Below, one piece after another: positions 57,621 to 64,000 of a stretch of 64,000 bases of DNA. The position numbers were made by a program, and so were the translations under genes. Under the pieces are notes generated by a model. That model was given only the letters and a program-made list of their open reading frames with translations. It did not search any database and was not told the DNA's origin. Position 1 is the stretch's first letter; the number at the start of each line of letters is the position of its first letter. Location of the stretch: the NCBI GenBank assembly GCA_051294905.1, contig CM119371.1, positions 27,404,001 through 27,468,000 of the forward strand, written 5' to 3'. The DNA is from Botryllus schlosseri. Taxonomy: Eukaryota.

Positions 57621-58835
57621 TTAAGAGTAGAATTGGATGATGATATATTATGAAAAATCACCCCAGCTTGCCCATTCAGCAAGTAGCCCAAGTGTTATTT
57701 TACACAATTTTTTCTTGCAGTATAGGGAAAGGAGTAACCAGGTATGGTCAGCAACGAAGTACTTCTACTATATTATTCTTGAGCACTTCATTCGCATACT
57801 TGCATACCTATTCAAGTGGCTATGTCTATAGCCTGCTTCCTATCCTACTCGACATTGTTTGTTCGGAAAAATTATATACTTCTCACACTTGTGAAAAACA
57901 AAAGGACATAATAATTTACTGAATATGTTTTCACCACTAATAGGGGTAAAATTGTCTAACACCGGGTGAAAGAGCCCCTGAATGACTGTAACCGAATATA
58001 TATTCTCGAAATTCGAGCCATATCTGTTGTGAAATCAGTCATTTTGCACTAAAGCAGTCACCTGCGATTAACCGCTAACGGTATGCGATCGGTTGCTCGC
58101 TGAATTAGCTCTTAAGTATGTTAGAAACCATTATTTCCACTTGTCTTCGATTGGATATTTACAGCGTATCTACAATTTCTACTGGAAAAACAACGCCTAC
58201 TACTTCACCATCTTGACACATGCTGACGGGTTATATCGCATGCTCCATGAATTATAGAATGGCACTTCCACAACATTTCCCTACACATCTTGCTGTACGC
58301 GCACCGCGATCATAGAGAACGCGGAACATTTCAGAGTGGCCTTAATTGCCAAGTGCAGTAGCTTTTAAAACGGTTCAGGTCCTCCCCATACCTTCTCTCT
58401 CCTCCGGTCGCCTATACGAACCGGATTCTATCCCTGTTGGCGACAAACGTGTGGTCGTCCGCAATGGTATCATTTCATCCTCTGCCAAAATACATACCAA
58501 AATACATGCTCATATCAATATTGTGATATCAGATCATATCCGGACGACGTCGAATGTAGCCATACCGACGTTTTATTTACTCCAAATGTTAGTGTGTAAA
58601 ATCGAGCACTATGAAGTGATACGTAATAACTCAAGAAATGCATTGCAATGTTAAGTATCTTCATTCTATGCGACCGCAATGAAAAGATCAGTTACACTAT
58701 CTATCCTAGGACATTACGGGTTTCTATGACAGCGGTATGGTTCGATAAGTACTTCCCATAAATATCATTTTCGTGAATATACTTACTGCATATCTATGCG
58801 CGACATATGATTTGGGTACTGTAATGCTGATATGA

Positions 58836-59241
58836 TAGGGTCACCATATTTTGGAATCGGGAAAGGTGGAAATTTTTACCAAATCACAAAAGTTGGGTTG
58901 ATCAACTATGAAAACAGCGTATTTCGCGGAGTTGAGTAAATAGGCTCATTCATTTCGCTCGGCTCCATTTTACGCCCTTTTTACTTAAATTTGGAGATGT
59001 TGACTAAAAAAAATTTGTCACTTCCGTTCAAACCACGAATTTCCCGTTCGAACTCCAATATTAGCTATTGCTCGTCATTTATGTAGATTTTCAGTCGAAC
59101 CTGTTCAGTATCCTAGTTGTGAAATCTGTAACGTAGGACGACTCGCCAAAAAGCAGGAGATTTTCGGCGTCCTCGCAGGACATTTTGAAAAACATAAAAA
59201 GGAGGACAAATTATCCTAAAGGAGGACGTAGGGTAACCCTA
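58836..59241. mobile_element. Same TAGGG hAT-like MITE in copy 3
   Basis: TSD TGATATGA on both sides. Confidence 0.85.
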
Positions 59242-59306
59242 TGATATGAAAGGGTGCGAAGCTTCATTTATTTTGAAAATAATGCATCGAAACGTTCATT
59301 CTAAGA

Positions 59307-60366
59307 CCGAGGTCTCAAACTCAAATGTGCTCGCGGGTCAATTTCCCAGTTTTTGGTGACGCCGCGGGCCGCAGCATCAATAATAGGGATATGCAATGCA
59401 TAATTTCCAAGTAGGCCTTATTTCACGAGACCTTGCCGACAGGTATTCCACAAACATCGTGCAAATGTAATTTCCTATTGTACTATTCACGCTTGACACG
59501 AAAAAAAATCACAATTTCAAATATTTGAATAAAATTGTTTTTGTACCGGGCATAATTTTTTACTTAATGAGTTATAGACATCATGTGAGAGGATGCATCA
59601 TGACATCATAAAACTGTCGGGTCATAATATTGCAGCTAGTGGGCCTTTGACGTGCCACAATTTTATATAGAATATTTTAAAATCTACTGAAGATTGAACT
59701 GATATCAGAGCATTTAAGCGGTGTAGCCTAATCCTGGTTTTGATATAGTCGTGATAAGATTGGGCTAATGTTATTGTAATTGCCGAAGGCATATTAAATC
59801 AGCGTTAGATTTTGCTTTCGAATATTATTGGAACAACCTAAATATAATGATTATTGAGCCATAGTAATGGCATTGCTTTTTAACCTTTTTAGCGATCGTA
59901 CCCCTTGTGTTTCCAATAAGATTTCTCGTAGCCCTTGTCCATTTTTATCACAATTTCCGATGGCACCTATATTGAAAATCAGAAAGCCCATTCAAAAAAA
60001 TCGCGCGTAGCGCGAATACTATATTCCAGTTGAATAAATTGGCCAAGAAAATATTCCGCAGCATATAGGCCTAATTCCATATGCATCTCGTAAACCCTGA
60101 TGTGGTGCTTCGTACTCCGATGGGGTCTACGGACCCAGGTTAACAACCCCTGGAATATAGAAATGTCCAATCGGCGAAGAATTCATTGGCGTTGCAGCTG
60201 TAGAGCGTACTACTACCTTACTCGCCACCGATAATGACATGGATATAGAAACAAACAACAAGTTTGTTGAGATTCCACTTGAATATATCGTTAAATACTT
60301 GAAATTCCAAAATGCCGTCGCCGGCGGAACAAAATACTCTCGGAGGCCGCGTGTTTGAGACCTCAG
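59307..60366. mobile_element. hAT element Y (copy 3), without Z
   Basis: Collinear with 47780-50126 minus Z. Confidence 0.8.
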
Positions 60367-60471
60367 TAAGTGATACATGTGTCTTTTTCGTATCATGTAC
60401 AAGTACATAATAACGGCAGTCGAAATCGGCTCGACCTATTCGGCTTGAATCAGTACAAATAACAATATTAT

Positions 60472-61984
60472 CACTGGTCAACACCTATTTTTAGGCCGAC
60501 AGAGTAAGAGTGGTTTTTGGGGGTTCTGAAGGGCAATGATTCCGAATATGACCTTAGTCTGTCATATTGGCTCTATTTTTGGAGATAATTCGGATAAAAA
60601 TTCGGTTCAGAAAATATATCAAGATGACTGAATGGGAAGTGCGATTTAATGCTCATGCTTGCTCCAAGGTTTCCAGATGAAAATACCATTTCTCGGATTA
60701 ACTGTTTGTAGATGAGTGCTTTGTGATCTTCCAAAAAGTTTTAATTAATGCATGCTAGAAAGGATGCCATGCAGTGATCACCTTTCTTATTATGAAATTG
60801 TAATCCGTTGTCCGTATTCGAATCTGATATCCATCAAATATTCCAGATTCAAGCTTCTCGTTTGATGTGGATACTAGGTATACCCACTTTGTTGGCGTCA
60901 AGGATAATCATCATTTTACAAATGAAAAGAGATGAGACGCATATTAGTATTTTAATTAAGCTTTCCAGGGACGAACTTGATAGCTTTATACTCCTCTTTC
61001 ATCTTGGTAAAATGACCAATTGGTACAGGAGAAAATATACTTCCATTGTGCAAAAGTAAATTTTTTAGGCTTAACAAACTGCGTTTTAACAAACAAAGTT
61101 CTCGCACCAGGTCATGTTAATATTGATTGAATGACTGAGAACGACATGAGTGTCCATCACAGTCAATTATCCATTTATGTGCAGTATATAAGTAGGAAAA
61201 TCTAAAAAATACTTCCTACCAAGTGAAATAGTCAAGGGTAAATACAGTGATTTTACCCTTTTTGGGGTTATAAATATTTTTTTTCTAGAGCCAATCTGGT
61301 AAAACCAATGTGATATTCGTGATCAGCAACCTTGAAAACCGAAAAAACGTAAAAGTTGTCGATCAAGTTTCAAAGCGTCAAAGTCGCGACGATTATAAAA
61401 GCGAGTAAATATAAGCCCAGTTCACGAGTGAATATGTCGAAGGTACCAAGTGCGTCCCCCACCATATGATGCCATGAGATATTTCTCACATCAAATATTT
61501 ACCTCACAGGCACATTGTAATTGTAACACAAATTCGTGACATTTTTATTGCATACCAACAGGGATGTAACCAGGTCACAAGGTTCCGAGTCACAAGTCAA
61601 TCCTACTAGTTTAGACTCGAGTCAAGACAAGTCATTTCCAATTCACCACCTAGTCAGAGTCCTATTGTTTTGACTCGAATACGAGTCCAAGTCATTATGC
61701 TCACTGGTCAGATTTCAGTTCAATCCGGTTCAACCCACTTTTTTAAACCAGCCCTAGTGATATATAATGGCTTGAATTCATAATATAGTATTTTTACTCG
61801 GTTGTAACAGTTTCGGTCCCTATTGTCCAAGTATCAGGACTGATAGACGATGTACCACTAATGTTGTATACTATTCTTCAACGGTGCATTGAAATGTATG
61901 TCTTGGTCGTCCTAGTTCCGAGTCATATAAATTGGTTCGAGTTCTGCACAATGACTTGAGTCATTACAACCCTGCATACCAGTG
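60472..61984 (-). mobile_element. Chapaev3-like remnant, copy 3
   Basis: Same termini; a different internal deletion joined at tcag. Confidence 0.7.
61559..61974. mobile_element. GAGTC/GACTC-rich MITE inserted in the Chapaev terminus (also about 9497-9978 and 51458-51941; fragment about 11270-11340)
   Basis: CAGGGATGTAAC...TTACAACCCTG; TSD CATACCAA / CATACCAG. Confidence 0.8.
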
Positions 61985-64000
61985 TTCAGCGAGACTACCG
62001 AGTGTTAATGCAACTGACCGAGATTCTCCTCAGCAATGATCCGCCTCTGCCTTGGTAGGTCATCAGAGACTGAATCTTCGGATGGGTGACGCGACAGTCG
62101 AAGAGTGCTACTTTCACCAACTGAATCAGATCATACGTTATCGTAAAATGTTTGACAATAGCAATATATACTAGATTTCAACTAATACTAGATTTTCAGC
62201 TTATTTAGGCATGGTGAACTTCAGTAATGTAAGGCTGCGAAACATTTTTATAGGGGTGGTGTGAACGTGAGGTTCATGTTCGCGTTCTGTGTGTGAACCT
62301 GCGAAACTGAAGATGTTCACAAACAGGTTCTACACTGTGAAGCTTTTTTATGTATTACATTTTTACATGTCATTATACCTTCTTTGGGTTGAAATTCTCT
62401 ACATTTTAACTTCGCATTTCAACTGCGCATAGCGCTGGCAGTGTGAAAAGAGATTCAGCACGAAACGATCATGTACCGTGCCAATTTCAAAAGTTATTTG
62501 CTCGAAACTTTGCTTGGAATATTCAGCTTTTCGTTCGTGAGTCTTCAGTGACTTTTTGTGAACTTTGCCCGTAATCACATGATAACAAGAAAGAAGCGCG
62601 CTACATGTAGTCAAGTCAGCGAATTGTCCTTGGTCAACCCATCAATGATTTAAATCAATTAACTCGGCACTGCACCTTCAAAGGACAAAAGAAGACATAC
62701 CCGTAGTGTTATTATTGGGATTTCTTCTTTAGCAATCAACTGCCTCTACAATAGAAGGAGATTATTCTGTATTGAATACGCTGGATTCAAATACTAAGGT
62801 CGCGCGGTTTGAAGTAACATATTCGATTTTGAGTAATAGCTTCTTAAAGTCTATCCTGTGCAATGATGTTTCTCGAACCCTTGTAGTAATTTCCAACTGT
62901 AGATTCAACATTATCATATATTTTGGTGGATCGATTTTCTACCTAACACAATATTTTCCTAGAGGTTTCATCTCTTTCATTATGACCGGTCTGAATATAC
63001 CGTGCATTGTAAATTAATTTGGTTGTTTTGGGCACGGCCTATTCCGCGGCGTGTGAATTCAACCCTTTCTATCTTTCCGCACTTGGCAGTACGCAATACG
63101 CATTGACGGTTCAGCTTTTAATTGCCTCGCAGTCGATAAAGGTTCAGTGCCACCATTTATACTGAGTCGCACTGGTGTACATTTTGAATATGAATTCGAA
63201 AAGTGCTGTAAACAGTATTCTCACATCATACTTCATGAAGAAAAAAACGGAAAATCCACCGGCTTTTCGTTTACACTGAACGATTAAAAATATTGATAAA
63301 ATTAGGTCTCTATGGTATCACCGTTAATGTCGTAGCTTTATGCAGTATTCATTTACTGAAAAGCGCAACAAATAAATAGTTAGGATTATATCCCTACCCG
63401 CCATTTCGGACGGTCGCCTGGTGCGTGTAGTTCCCAGCATTGCATCTCGCCAATTCAGCCGGTCAACTGGTAAAGAAAACGCACAACGTGTGAGATTTCA
63501 TGCATAGCCATCGCTCACTAGTTCGATATATATACATGCATGAGATGAAGTGAGATGTATATGTAAATATTCCCGTCTTGAAATATATCCACGCGGATTA
63601 CCAATATTTAAAAAGCGTTTGTACAGTGTACACAGGTAGAGGCAGGACAACGCCACCAAGTTATATCCCATTACGACCAAAGGTTTCCAAATGCTTTAAC
63701 GCTGCTACAAGTGGCAGTTCAAAAGAAGCTGTACAAGCACACAGATCAGAGATTTCAAAGAGCAGATATCTGCAGTTACTCGGCATGCTGGCTGAATCTT
63801 TCCTCGCGTAGAAAAAACTTTTGACGTGCGCGAGTTACAGGGTCTCTGAGAGAGGTTTTCAGTTTATGGGGGCGTAAAATAAATTTGAATCGACGCATAT
63901 CTTTTTCTTTTTAACCTTCAACGCGGCCAAAGCAGTAAACATTTTTTAAATGGAAGTGTAGAGCTGGAATCAGAATATATAATGGCCCATATTCCATACC

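Larger units (their letters stand above)
57635..64000 (+). repeat. Segmental duplication, copy 3 (runs off the window end)
   Basis: Collinear with 43850-54700, starting at gatgatgatatatta. Confidence 0.92.

Overview
Eukaryotic (metazoan) genomic DNA: AT-rich and transposon-dense, with GT-AG introns as short as 61-67 nt. An invertebrate chordate such as a tunicate is plausible but cannot be shown from the sequence alone. The one recognisable host gene is a heavily rearranged protein kinase N (PKN/PRK, AGC family) locus on the minus strand, about 13.9-57.6 kb. All seven kinase-domain exons and two C2-domain exons are open and phase-compatible. The HR1 (Rho-binding) exons and the C2-kinase linker exons are missing, the first two kinase exons are duplicated (1239 bp, offset 3793), and a chain of upstream low-complexity exons carries stops and a frameshift. 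The rest of the window is a layered transposon landscape: many non-autonomous hAT elements with verifiable 8-bp TSDs (mostly nnnTAnnn), nested insertions, probable excision footprints, a decayed Chapaev3-like transposase, LINE remnants, a SINE candidate, a foldback element and minisatellites. An approximately 8-11 kb composite block is present three times. No rRNA, intact tRNA, CRISPR array or intact transposase was found. Translations, identities and family assignments were made by eye or from remembered motifs, not from database searches.
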